Source of the DNA: an uncultured Gammaproteobacteria bacterium | GTDB lineage: Bacteria > Patescibacteriota > Microgenomatia > Levybacterales > UBA12049 | Direction of reading: 5' to 3' | NCBI GenBank assembly: GCA_964507055.1 | Contig: CAZDOJ010000001.1 | Span: 1,105,313-1,169,312 of the forward strand | Length of the DNA: 64,000 nucleotides | Translations under genes and position numbers: made by a program | The notes under the pieces: model-generated | Databases searched by the model: none | What the model saw: only the letters and a program-made list of their open reading frames with translations | What the model was told of the DNA's origin: nothing | In this document: positions 46,885 to 57,004 of the stretch, piece by piece | Layout: every line of letters starts with the position of its first letter | How positions within the stretch are numbered: position 1 is the stretch's first letter

Positions 46885-49836
46885 TTAGTAGCCTCTAAAT
46901 ACGGCATTAAGGAACATACTCACAGAATCACTCCAACCACCATCGGTTCGATGACGGAAATCTTGCCACATGCCTCGTAAGAACATACGAAATTCCGTAG
47001 TATTCGATAGCTGTTTTAGCCATCTCATATCATCTTTATTAAAGAAGTTTTTTGTAACGATTCCGCCTCTCATATTAAATTCGTCACCAAGGAATTCGGC
47101 TGGGATTGATTCCATCGCGTCAATAACAGATGAAAAGTAATGGTAGTTGTAATTAGGATCTTTGCTATGTTTATCTATATGTGTCCATAAATCTGAACCC
47201 AACTTCATCAATGCCCATTGCTTATATGCTTGTGTTGGCTTTTCTTGAAGCTTTGTATAATCAATTTCATATCGACCATTTTTATCAATAACCCATTTAT
47301 TTTTAATATCTTTTCCTTCTGCGTCTTTATGACACTTTCGATACTCAGGGATATCAAGAATTTGATGTCCGAAGAGTGCCTCTCCCAACGGCATTTCACG
47401 AAATTCATATTTGTCATTTCCATCGGGCCCTCGTCCAACAAAGACCTGATCTCGAACTAACATACTATAGTTAACTTCACCAAAAGTATCAAAGAGGTAT
47501 CGTAGCGGTTTAAGAAAATCCTCTTGTATCTCTTTCTGAAATTCTCCCCTATTAAATGAGACTCTTCGAGTAAGTGGATCATATTTTGAAAATTTATCAA
47601 AGCTAATTTCTTTTGCACCCATAATTTGGTCATACACTTTTTGAGCACGAGCAACGTGATTAGCCACGTAATTTGTCATTGCACGTTCATGGAATTCCAA
47701 TTGACCAGCGACACGGTTTGCTTTTTTATAGAGACTCTCTAATTCTTTACGTTTTGCATTGTATGCTTCAATATCATCTTTTGATGCACTTAATTCGGAT
47801 TCAAGCCTTTTTCGCTCTGAGATTTGAGAGAGTCGTGTTTCATTCATATCTTCAAAGACTTCACGTAACGATTTTTTTCTCGTTTGTTTGTTACCATCTC
47901 TATTAAGAACTTCGTTACCCTCTACATCTTTAGAATTTGTATACGCCTGTGATACACGGATACCATTCATGAAGTCAAGCATTACTCGCTTAAACATAGG
48001 GATTGTATAAAGATTACCAGCTCCATTACCACGTTTCCCTGTAACCATTTTTCGACGATATCCTTCTGTTCCGGTTAGTTTTTTTGTTGAATCATAAGCA
48101 GAAAAACCGACATCGTTTCTTGTGGCTGCACCGGAGAAACGAAGCCAAGACTTTGCGAGAAGTAACGCCATGTCCAAACTAGTATCGTCTTTAATGCGAT
48201 GATTACCGTGAGTATCGAGTGCATTTACGTTTTGTTCATCTGATTCAAAATTATATTGATCGTCGAGAGATATTTTTAAAGCCTCTCTAACAACTTTTTC
48301 TACTGTCCCGCTATAAGCCATCGCACCAAAGTAATTCACAAACTTACTAAAGCCTCCTTTTGCTTTACCAGTTTTCTTATCAATCTTTTCTTTCACAGAC
48401 CAGCCATCTTCACCAAAAGCATCTGCGAAACCGTTGGATTCATCTCCAAGAAAGACCATCATCTCATCACGGCTAACTCGGGTCTGACCATGCTTAGATT
48501 TCATAACATTTTTCATCGCTTCTTCCCAAGTGTCTTTATGGAAAAACTTAGAGTCTTTACCCATAACTTTTTGTAGTTCTTTATAATCTGCAAGATTATA
48601 ATAGGCAAGAAAAGCAGTAGTAAATGCTGCACCGACTTTATCGTCTGCTTGACCTTTTTCGTAATCGAGAGAAAAAGTTGACATGAAATAGGTCATACTT
48701 TTACCGTATGAGGATTTTGTAATCTTATTCTTATAGTATAATTCACCCAATTTCTTAGTAAGATCTCCACCGCTTGACATCACGGTCTGATAATTTAAGT
48801 CATAATTTCTTAAGTACATAACAGACAGTACTTCTTTAAGCAATTGATCATACAGATCAGTATTCATGTTTTTATCTTCGTCTATAAAATAACGTGATTT
48901 TTCGTCGATGATATCATCAAGCGTTACTGGACGAAAATCCTTTGGAATTTTAACTGCATGAAAGAAATCTACTTCACTATCAGGTTCCTTGTCATCAGCA
49001 TAGAAGACGATAATACTTCGCATCCATCGCATGAAGTTTGCTTTGTTCACATGATATCGTCCTTCAGGCTTACCTGTTTTTGTATTTGATTTTACCTCCA
49101 TTTGCATGATAGGGTATCGTCCATTAATACCAAATTCTGCGGCATCGTTATAACCAATTTGCCAGCCCAATTGCTCTAGCCCTTGTGGAGTCTTACCATC
49201 ATACTCACCCTTATTCTCATCATTAAATTCATCATAAAGTATGTATTTTCTTATATACTCGTCTCGAACAATACCTAGACCGTGATCAGCATTACTGAGT
49301 ATAAAATCTAATCTATATCGTTCAGGATCTCCACCATATTTCCTATGCTGATCGCTAACATAGTCCAACATTTTTTGTTGAGCTTCCTCATCTGGGTTTA
49401 GCAATGCTCGTGATTTTGCAAGTGCCTCCTCTCCAGTTAATCCTTGTCCGAGTAGTACTTCTAATGTGTTATCGATTTTGCCACGAATACTTTTTTCTTC
49501 AAAAGTAAGTTCGTCATTTTTTGTACCCCATCCGAGTGCTTGGCGGATATTTGCGGAAACCTCTTGCTTATGATTTTTTGATTCTTCCCAACCAAATTGT
49601 TCCCAATCTTTCATCTTACGAACAACCGTTCGTTGTTCCTCAGGTGAGGCTTGGGTTTCTACGCTGGCATCTAATTCAGCCTCATATTTACGAAGCCTCT
49701 CTTCGAGTTCAGTTAATTTTTTAGGAGGAGTTCGTTCTTCTGCCGCAGGATGTTCCTGAGTATCTACACCACCTTCATTCATATTTCTATTATATCGGCT
49801 TCCGGAGAAGCCAGTCAATTCACCATGATCTACCAT
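46885..49836 (-). CDS. large hypothetical soluble protein (983 aa) within T4SS-like cluster
   Basis: no TM, no recognisable catalytic motif; long charged helical regions; sits between VirB6-like gene and regulator. Confidence 0.35.
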   Translation of the reverse strand: MVDHGELTGFSGSRYNRNMNEGGVDTQEHPAAEERTPPKKLTELEERLRKYEAELDASVETQASPEEQRTVVRKMKDWEQFGWEESKNHKQEVSANIRQALGWGTKNDELTFEEKSIRGKIDNTLEVLLGQGLTGEEALAKSRALLNPDEEAQQKMLDYVSDQHRKYGGDPERYRLDFILSNADHGLGIVRDEYIRKYILYDEFNDENKGEYDGKTPQGLEQLGWQIGYNDAAEFGINGRYPIMQMEVKSNTKTGKPEGRYHVNKANFMRWMRSIIVFYADDKEPDSEVDFFHAVKIPKDFRPVTLDDIIDEKSRYFIDEDKNMNTDLYDQLLKEVLSVMYLRNYDLNYQTVMSSGGDLTKKLGELYYKNKITKSSYGKSMTYFMSTFSLDYEKGQADDKVGAAFTTAFLAYYNLADYKELQKVMGKDSKFFHKDTWEEAMKNVMKSKHGQTRVSRDEMMVFLGDESNGFADAFGEDGWSVKEKIDKKTGKAKGGFSKFVNYFGAMAYSGTVEKVVREALKISLDDQYNFESDEQNVNALDTHGNHRIKDDTSLDMALLLAKSWLRFSGAATRNDVGFSAYDSTKKLTGTEGYRRKMVTGKRGNGAGNLYTIPMFKRVMLDFMNGIRVSQAYTNSKDVEGNEVLNRDGNKQTRKKSLREVFEDMNETRLSQISERKRLESELSASKDDIEAYNAKRKELESLYKKANRVAGQLEFHERAMTNYVANHVARAQKVYDQIMGAKEISFDKFSKYDPLTRRVSFNRGEFQKEIQEDFLKPLRYLFDTFGEVNYSMLVRDQVFVGRGPDGNDKYEFREMPLGEALFGHQILDIPEYRKCHKDAEGKDIKNKWVIDKNGRYEIDYTKLQEKPTQAYKQWALMKLGSDLWTHIDKHSKDPNYNYHYFSSVIDAMESIPAEFLGDEFNMRGGIVTKNFFNKDDMRWLKQLSNTTEFRMFLRGMWQDFRHRTDGGWSDSVSMFLNAVFRGY

Positions 49837-49912
49837 AATAGGTGCATTATATGTATTTCGAGGCTAGTGTGCTTTATATTGCAATTATAAAATACTTATA
49901 AAGAGGTTACAA

Positions 49913-51241
49913 TTACTTATTGAATTTGAATCCTCGCCCTTTAATTGTATGGAGATGTATAGGATGATTTGCATCTTCTTCAATCTTACGTCGAACTCGG
50001 AAAATTAATTGATCGACAGCTTGATCAGTGATTCCGGCTGTAGATTTCATATTTGACCAGACAACGCTTATAAGCTCATCTCTATCAACAACCCTATCTT
50101 CATTCTGGAGTAAATATGTAAGTAATCGAAACTCAGAAGAAGTTAATTGATCCGATAAAACAGTTGCACCTTTCCGAATGGTGTTCGTATTTTGATCGTA
50201 TACTATTTTTTTCGCTTCAGATCCTGATCCTCCATATTCTTTGGCTATAAAAAGAGAGAGAAGTGGTATTTGCACTGTATTATCTTTGAGCAAACCAACA
50301 TTTTCGAGATAAACCCGAACTTCTGCTTCTTCAAAACTATGCTCTTGAATATCTGCTTGCTCTGCCGGAGAAAGTGATAGCCAAATCTCACTCAAAGCAC
50401 TCTGTATGGTTTTTTGTTCAAGAAGATATTTTGAAATGTCCTCGGGCACTTCACCAAATCCTATGATTGATTCGACAGATAGCTTCGTTAATTTGCCATG
50501 ACCACCAGTCAAAGCCATGATTTCTTTAAATACTTTTTCCTCGATTTTCTTTCCTGTTACCTTCTCAACGTATGAAAGTCTATGTTTTGCGAAAACTTCA
50601 TCGTATAAGGCAACATATACAATTTTTCCAGCGACAAATTCGTAATAGTCAGCAAGCAATGATGGTTCGAGTAGATTCTCTAAAGGACGATTTACGGAAA
50701 ATACAATTGAGAAATGGTATTTTGCCCTGTTTCGTAAAATTCTGAGGTTGCTGAAGAACTCAACTGGAACAGTTCGGATATACTCTTCGAAGCGACTGAA
50801 TAAAAAGACTGTAGTCATCCTCTTTTCAAGGGATAGATAATCAATAGCTTCTTTAAATCCCTGAAAAAGAACAAGTTCATCATTAAACTGTAAATGCTCA
50901 CGAAATTTATCTCCAACAACTTTATTTTCTTCAGTAAGGCCTCGCTCACGTAACGATTCTGTCAGGTTCAGAAATAAAAATTTCATCACATCAAACAATG
51001 GCCGTGTTTTAATCTCGGAGAAATCAACAATCACAAAATGCATGGATTCTTGTGATCCTTTCAGGTGTTTTTTTCTAATCTTACTATTGTTTGCAAGAAG
51101 TCCCAGGATTGTGGAACGACTAACTCCAGGAATTCCTACCAACTGACAAGAATTTCCTTCCTTTATATAATGAATTATCCTTTCAATTTCCATGTCTCGG
51201 GTTAAATCCGGAAATTGTGCTTCAAAATGTTCTTCCAACAT
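49913..51241 (-). CDS. ATPase-domain protein with C-terminal OmpR/PhoB-type winged-helix DNA-binding domain
   Basis: N-terminal degenerate P-loop 'QLVGIPGVSRSTILGL'; C-terminal 'LTSSEFRLLTYLLQNEDRVVDRDELISVVW...VDQLIFRVRRKIE...IHTIKGRGFKF' trans_reg_C-like. Confidence 0.55.
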   Translation of the reverse strand: MLEEHFEAQFPDLTRDMEIERIIHYIKEGNSCQLVGIPGVSRSTILGLLANNSKIRKKHLKGSQESMHFVIVDFSEIKTRPLFDVMKFLFLNLTESLRERGLTEENKVVGDKFREHLQFNDELVLFQGFKEAIDYLSLEKRMTTVFLFSRFEEYIRTVPVEFFSNLRILRNRAKYHFSIVFSVNRPLENLLEPSLLADYYEFVAGKIVYVALYDEVFAKHRLSYVEKVTGKKIEEKVFKEIMALTGGHGKLTKLSVESIIGFGEVPEDISKYLLEQKTIQSALSEIWLSLSPAEQADIQEHSFEEAEVRVYLENVGLLKDNTVQIPLLSLFIAKEYGGSGSEAKKIVYDQNTNTIRKGATVLSDQLTSSEFRLLTYLLQNEDRVVDRDELISVVWSNMKSTAGITDQAVDQLIFRVRRKIEEDANHPIHLHTIKGRGFKFNK

Positions 51242-51336
51242 ACATTCATTCTAGTTACTTTTAAAGCATACTTCAAGCTACTTCTAATGAATTTATGCCC
51301 TTGCAATTTCATATGATTCTTTAGTATCGTAGAGTT

Positions 51337-51660
51337 ATGGACTACTTAGCACTTACACTCCCCGGCGGAAGAAATATACAACCTCCAGGAGAGATACCAA
51401 ATGGTGGACTTGATACGCTTTCAAGTGCAATAAGTGCAGGAATATCATGGATGATTATTATTGCAGTAATACTATCATTATTTTTTCTCGTGACAGGTGG
51501 TGTCGCATGGTCGGCATCAGGTGGAGATAAAGGAAAAATCGCTGCTGCACGTGCAAGACTTACCTATGCAGTAATTGGATTAATCGTAGCAATTGCGTCA
51601 TTCTTCCTTATAAATGTATTTGGAACATTCTTTGGAGTTACACTTTTAGGGAACAATTGA
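51337..51660 (+). CDS. VirB2/TrbC-like pilin (paralog 1)
   Basis: 107 aa; two hydrophobic helices flanking conserved 'SGGDKGKIAAARARLTYAVIGLIVA'. Confidence 0.5.
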   Translation: MDYLALTLPGGRNIQPPGEIPNGGLDTLSSAISAGISWMIIIAVILSLFFLVTGGVAWSASGGDKGKIAAARARLTYAVIGLIVAIASFFLINVFGTFFGVTLLGNN

Positions 51661-51699
51661 GATAATCTGATCTATTGACAAAGATTAAATTATTGTTCT

Positions 51700-52128
51700 A
51701 TGATAAGTAAAGATAACATGAAAAAAGTTTTAACAGCTATAGTTTCAGGAGGAGCAGCATATCTAGCAACTGCAGGGATTGCACTTGCAGGAGGTACAAG
51801 TGTTGATCCATGTCCTGAAGCAGGACAATTTCAAAATCTTTGTAATCTAAATGGTGATAATCTTGGAGCGATTATCGGAGCTGCAGTAACCTTTATCTTA
51901 ATCGTGGCTGTTCTTATTGCCCTATTCTTCCTTATCTTCGGTGGTATCCGTTGGATTACATCAGGCGGAGATAAAGCAAAAGTAGAAAGTGCACGAGGCA
52001 CAATTATTGCAGCAATCATTGGTTTAGTTATAGCTTTCTTAGCATTCTTTATCCTTTCATTAGCTTTGAGCTTCTTCGGACTCAGTCTCACAGAACTCGA
52101 ACTCCCTACAATCGACGGACTTAACTAA
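51700..52128 (+). CDS. VirB2/TrbC-like pilin (paralog 2)
   Basis: 142 aa; signal-like N-term, Cys pair, 'TSGGDKAKVESARGTIIAAIIGLVIA'. Confidence 0.5.
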   Translation: MISKDNMKKVLTAIVSGGAAYLATAGIALAGGTSVDPCPEAGQFQNLCNLNGDNLGAIIGAAVTFILIVAVLIALFFLIFGGIRWITSGGDKAKVESARGTIIAAIIGLVIAFLAFFILSLALSFFGLSLTELELPTIDGLN

Positions 52129-52216
52129 GTTTATTTAGAGTTTCCATACTTATTCCCTTTTTTAATATAGTTATACCCTCTTGCTTTTTGTTAAATATAT
52201 TTGCTAGGCTAAATAT

Positions 52217-52618
52217 ATGTTAAAGAAATTACTTCTTGTATCACTCGCTGCACTGACGCTAATTTTTACTGCCGCTCCTATTTCACCTGTTCATGCACAA
52301 TTCAGAGACTGGGGTGATGGCTGTGTAGATCAAAATGGAATTGCGTCTCTTCGATGCATTCCGTTTGTATTTGGCAATATTGTATACGCTCTTCTTATGT
52401 TTGTTGGTACAGTTGCAGTAGTTCTCCTTGTATATGCAGGCATCCGCTTTATATCCTCGGGAGGAGATCCAAAGAAAGTTGCTGGGGCACGACAAATTAT
52501 TACGTACGCACTTATTGGACTGGTATTGGTACTCTCATCTTTTGCGATAATAGCACTCATAAGTTACACAACCGGAGTTGAGTGTATTCGAACATTCGGT
52601 TTTGACACCTGTAAATAA
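52217..52618 (+). CDS. VirB2/TrbC-like pilin (paralog 3)
   Basis: 133 aa; signal peptide 'AAPISPVHA', Cys pairs, 'SSGGDPKKVAGARQIITYALIGLVLV'. Confidence 0.5.
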   Translation: MLKKLLLVSLAALTLIFTAAPISPVHAQFRDWGDGCVDQNGIASLRCIPFVFGNIVYALLMFVGTVAVVLLVYAGIRFISSGGDPKKVAGARQIITYALIGLVLVLSSFAIIALISYTTGVECIRTFGFDTCK

Positions 52619-52846
52619 CCCCTAACTTTTCACAATTAAGGCTAAGTAGCTACTCCTTTTGACCTACTTTGTTGGGGTTGCAATCAAATTTTTCACGTTA
52701 TACACTTTTAGCAATAGAAGACACTACTTTATGTCTTTTAAATCGGGTATTAAGCATACTATCCGGAACAACAGCAAAGATTTTTGAAAATCAGCATCAT
52801 TTGCTCGTTTTTATTGTAGGTGTGCTTAGAATTTATCTAATTTGTT

Positions 52847-54238
52847 ATGGATCAACATCCTATACCACAAGATGTAACTGGATTTCAGTTTAAATTGATT
52901 GGCACAATGACCGTTAAGCAATTCGGTTATGTGGCTGTTGGTGCTGTAATGGCTGTTATTCTTTATTACCTTCCATTAAGTGGATTTTTTGGGGTAATGT
53001 TTAAAGTATTCATGATCCCATTACTAGGAGCAAGTGGTGTGGTTATCGCCTTTGTTCCAATAGATGGACGACCAATTGACACTATGACATCTAATTTTAT
53101 AAAAGCATTGTTCTCTCCAAATCAGTATATCTACAAACGCCAGGGACGTAAGATGAGTTTTTCAATCGTAACAGTTGTAAAACCAGCCGTTGCTGCCGCT
53201 CAAACAGCAAATAAGACTCCTGGACAAAATGCTACATCAGCAAAAGAAGCCGATGATAAAGAGGCAAAGCTACGAGCATTCTTAAATAGCTCTCAAGGAC
53301 GAGTTCAAAATGATCTCGATAAAAAAGAAGCGTCCTTCTTAAAATCATTTGGGCCACCAACAATCGCCGTGCCGAATAAAACTCCCATGGTAACCACCCC
53401 ATTGGCAAAACCAAGTTTAGCAGTCACTCAAAAAACAGTTATTGCGAAACCAACTGCAACTTTACTGGTAGCACAACCTCCAAAACCACTCGCTCAAATT
53501 GCAGTAAAACCAACCCCTTCAAACGGAGCGACAAAGGTATCACCTGTTTCTACACCAGTAGGATCTCCTGCTCCAATACCTCAACCTCAAACGCTGGAAC
53601 AAAAAGAACTGAGCCTTGCACAGGAACTTGCTCAAGCAAAGCAAGAAGAAGCCTCACAAGTCCAACCAGCAGCACATGATGTAGCACATGCAAAAGTTGA
53701 AACACTAGCGAAACAGATTGAAGACATTCATACACAAAAGCACAAGCTTGAAACAGAGCTTTCAGCTCTCAAACAACAACTCACCCAGGAGAAAACCACA
53801 TCTGCACCAATGCAGGCTCCAACCCCAGTACAACCAATCGCAGTAGCAAAGCCAGCTATTCCTATTCAGGACCCGCACCTAGTCAAAGTTGTTGCAGGAG
53901 CAACAAAAGCACCTGAAGTCCCAAGAGTATCCGATACTCCAAATGTTGTTGTGGGAATTGTAAAAGATCCTCGAGGAAATATCCTCTCAAATATACTTGT
54001 TGAGGTTAAAGATAGTGAAGGAAATCCTGTTCGTGCCTTTAAGACAAACCCTCTTGGGCAGTTTGCTTCAGCTACTCCACTAAGCCCTGGCGTATATACT
54101 CTTGAGCTCGAAGATCCTAAAAAACTCCACAGCTTTGACGTCATTCAAATAACTGCAAATAATGAGATTATGCGTCCAATTGAAGTAATTTCTCATGATG
54201 CAAGAGAAGCATTACGACAACAATTATTTGCATCATAA
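52847..54238 (+). CDS. VirB3-like membrane protein with long P/A/Q-rich linker and C-terminal beta-sandwich (CarbPepD_reg-like) domain
   Basis: N-terminal ~100 aa with two TM helices directly upstream of VirB4-like genes; linker; C-terminal 'VVGIVKDPRGNILSNILVEVKDSEGNPV...GVYTLELED'. Confidence 0.4.
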   Translation: MDQHPIPQDVTGFQFKLIGTMTVKQFGYVAVGAVMAVILYYLPLSGFFGVMFKVFMIPLLGASGVVIAFVPIDGRPIDTMTSNFIKALFSPNQYIYKRQGRKMSFSIVTVVKPAVAAAQTANKTPGQNATSAKEADDKEAKLRAFLNSSQGRVQNDLDKKEASFLKSFGPPTIAVPNKTPMVTTPLAKPSLAVTQKTVIAKPTATLLVAQPPKPLAQIAVKPTPSNGATKVSPVSTPVGSPAPIPQPQTLEQKELSLAQELAQAKQEEASQVQPAAHDVAHAKVETLAKQIEDIHTQKHKLETELSALKQQLTQEKTTSAPMQAPTPVQPIAVAKPAIPIQDPHLVKVVAGATKAPEVPRVSDTPNVVVGIVKDPRGNILSNILVEVKDSEGNPVRAFKTNPLGQFASATPLSPGVYTLELEDPKKLHSFDVIQITANNEIMRPIEVISHDAREALRQQLFAS

Positions 54239-54248
54239 AACCTAACCT

Positions 54249-54917
54249 ATGGCTGCCCAAAAAATACACGCTACAACACAGAAATTTACAGAGATCGTCG
54301 ACTTCGGCGAGGATATTGTAATTCTTGAAGGTGGGAATGCTTGCATGATCATAGAGATCACAGCAAGTAATTTTGCTTTGCTCTCAAAACGAGAACAGGA
54401 TTCGAGAATTTTTTCATATGCTGGACTATTAAACTCCCTTTCCTTCCCCATTCAAATCTTAATTCGAAACAGACGAATGGACATATCACAATATATCGTG
54501 GAATTAAACGAGATTATAAAGAATACCAAGAATCCTCAACTTCGAGCATACGTAGAATACTACAGTGGCTTTGTGCAAGAAATGGTTACGGTAAATGTCG
54601 TACTTAATAAACAATTTTATATTGTGGTTCCTTTTTCTTCTCTTGAACTTGGTGTAGCAGGAGCAACGCAAACAACACAAAAAGGACAAGCACAAGTCGA
54701 CGCATTTACGACTTCAGCAAGAAAAGCACTTCAGACAAAGGCAAATTCGCTCTTGGGTCAATTACAAAAATTTGCAACTTCAGCAAAAGTATTAGAGAAA
54801 GAAGATCTTATAAAACTATTTTACGAAATTTATAATGAAACAACTGAAGTGGATATGGATCAGATGGAAGAAGGGGCTGAAGCCTCAATTGTTAAAGGAG
54901 GACAAGCACAACAATGA
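54249..54917 (+). CDS. hypothetical protein, possible separately encoded N-terminal domain of VirB4
   Basis: 222 aa; stop overlaps ATG of VirB4-like ORF (ATGA); downstream ORF lacks typical VirB4 N-terminal domain. Confidence 0.35.
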   Translation: MAAQKIHATTQKFTEIVDFGEDIVILEGGNACMIIEITASNFALLSKREQDSRIFSYAGLLNSLSFPIQILIRNRRMDISQYIVELNEIIKNTKNPQLRAYVEYYSGFVQEMVTVNVVLNKQFYIVVPFSSLELGVAGATQTTQKGQAQVDAFTTSARKALQTKANSLLGQLQKFATSAKVLEKEDLIKLFYEIYNETTEVDMDQMEEGAEASIVKGGQAQQ

Positions 54918-56959
54918 ACTTACCTTTTGGAAAAAAAGCTAATCCGGCTGCACCAGCTCCAGCAGCTACACCTGTACAAAAAGCTGCCGTGGCAACACCC
55001 GGAGCTAAACCTGCAGTTGCACCAGCAAAAGGAAAAGCTCCAGCAGCTCCCATTTCTAAAGGAATAGACACATTTGAAAAAGGCCTGACCTCCGTTGTGG
55101 ATCTTATCGCACCTTCTTCTGTTGAGGTTGATTTCCGATATATTAGAGTTGGAGATAATTTCTATACTACCCTTTTCATCGCAGGATATCCTCGTTATGT
55201 CTCTCCTGGATGGCTTGAGGGAATTATCGATTACGACCATACTATGGATATTGCAATGTTTTGTTACCCAACATCATCATCAGATGTTTTGGCAGACTTG
55301 AAGAGAAAAATTGGAGAGATGCAGGCTACGCTCGCATCGGATGCCGAACAGGGAAAAGTTGCAGACCCAACAGTCGAAGCAGCACTTGAAGATGCGTTGG
55401 GACTTCAAGAAGAGCTGGCAAAGGGCGTTGAGAGATTTTTCCAATTTGGGTTCTACATCACTGTTTCCGATGGTGATATTACAAAGCTGCAAGAAACAAT
55501 AAAAAACCTCCAAACGGCACTTGGATCACTGCTTTTAACTGGAAAAATTGCAACGCTACAGATGGAGGAAGGTTTTAAATCTTCTTTACCAATGGGACAA
55601 GATCGTCTCTACATTACAAGAAATATGGATACGTCTTCTCTTGCCTCGACATTCCCATTTACCTCAGCAGTTCTGACACAAAATAGAGGTGTTATGTATG
55701 GTGTGAACCAACAAAATGGTTCACTTATTATCTTTGATCGATTCTCTCTAGAAAATGCAAATGAAGTCGTTTTGGGTAAATCCGGTGCAGGAAAATCGTA
55801 CACGATCAAACTTGAGATCATGCGGCAATTTATGCTTGGAGCTGAAGTTATCGTTATTGACCCCGATGGAGAATATGAAACAATGACTCCAGCACTTGGC
55901 GGCGAAGTTGTTGAATTCTCTTCAGGTTCAGCAATCAAGATTAATCCTTTTGATCTTTCCGACGTGTATGAAGAAGGCGAAAATGAACTAGGTTTGAAAA
56001 TCATGTCATTGCATGGATTACTTAAGATTATTACAGGAGAACTGGATGCAGAACATGATGCGATCCTAGATAGAGCACTAATTGAAACATATCGTTCCAA
56101 AGGAATTACTACAGATCCAGCAACACAAAAAAAACAGCCTCCCCTTCTAGAAGATTTATACAAAATTCTTCTCGGTATGGAAAATGATACTGCGAAATCA
56201 CTCGCATATTCGCTTGAAAAATTCATCAAAGGAAGTGCTTCAGGTATCTTCAACCAACAATCAAATTTCGAAATTAATAATCCACTTACGATTTTCTCTA
56301 TTCGTAATTTAGAAGAAGCCCTCAGACCTGTGGCGATGCATATTATTCTAGATTTCGTTTGGACGAAAGTAAAAAAGTCACTTAAAAAGCGTACATTAAT
56401 TCTTGATGAAGGATGGTACATGATGAAGTATCAAGACTCTGCTTCCTTTGTTTATTCGATCGCCAAACGTGCCCGTAAATACTATCTTGGATTAACAACA
56501 GCGACACAGGATGTGGAAGACTTTTTAAAGAACGAGTATGGGAAAGCTGTACTTACCAACTCATCAATCCAAGTCCTTCTCAAACAGGGTACAGCAGAAG
56601 TGGATATGATTACGGATACTTTCTACCTTTCTGAAGGAGAGAAGGCACTACTGCTCTCTGCTGACGTAGGAGAAGGACTCTTCTTTGCAGGACAGAACCA
56701 CGTAGCAATGAAGGTTTTTGCGGCACCATTTGAACATGAACTTATTACATCTAATCCTATGGAATTATTAAAGAGACAGCAGGAAAAAGAGCGTGCGAAT
56801 CTTGCTGCAGGAGTTAAACCTGATAATGCAGACACTGGTACCCCTCCAGTAGAAAATCCAGCCGTAGCACCAGTGACAAATACACCATCTGTCGAAAATC
56901 CTGATATTCCACAGACTCCTCCACCTGGTACACCTCCAGGAGGAACGCCAACAACATAG
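54914..56959 (+). CDS. VirB4/TrbE/CagE-like type IV secretion ATPase
   Basis: 681 aa; Walker A 'VLGKSGAGKSYTIK', Walker B 'TLILDEGWYMM', 'GLTTATQDV'; C-terminal P/T-rich tail. Confidence 0.75.
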   Translation: MNLPFGKKANPAAPAPAATPVQKAAVATPGAKPAVAPAKGKAPAAPISKGIDTFEKGLTSVVDLIAPSSVEVDFRYIRVGDNFYTTLFIAGYPRYVSPGWLEGIIDYDHTMDIAMFCYPTSSSDVLADLKRKIGEMQATLASDAEQGKVADPTVEAALEDALGLQEELAKGVERFFQFGFYITVSDGDITKLQETIKNLQTALGSLLLTGKIATLQMEEGFKSSLPMGQDRLYITRNMDTSSLASTFPFTSAVLTQNRGVMYGVNQQNGSLIIFDRFSLENANEVVLGKSGAGKSYTIKLEIMRQFMLGAEVIVIDPDGEYETMTPALGGEVVEFSSGSAIKINPFDLSDVYEEGENELGLKIMSLHGLLKIITGELDAEHDAILDRALIETYRSKGITTDPATQKKQPPLLEDLYKILLGMENDTAKSLAYSLEKFIKGSASGIFNQQSNFEINNPLTIFSIRNLEEALRPVAMHIILDFVWTKVKKSLKKRTLILDEGWYMMKYQDSASFVYSIAKRARKYYLGLTTATQDVEDFLKNEYGKAVLTNSSIQVLLKQGTAEVDMITDTFYLSEGEKALLLSADVGEGLFFAGQNHVAMKVFAAPFEHELITSNPMELLKRQQEKERANLAAGVKPDNADTGTPPVENPAVAPVTNTPSVENPDIPQTPPPGTPPGGTPTT

Positions 56960-57004
56960 ATACATTCTCTTACCACGACCTCGTGTTTTTGATACTATTA
57001 AACT

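Noticed and set aside
55609-56421. 270-aa minus-strand ORF
   Set aside because: It lies antisense inside the VirB4-like ATPase gene, which has clear Walker motifs. Its S-rich low-complexity translation is a shadow ORF.
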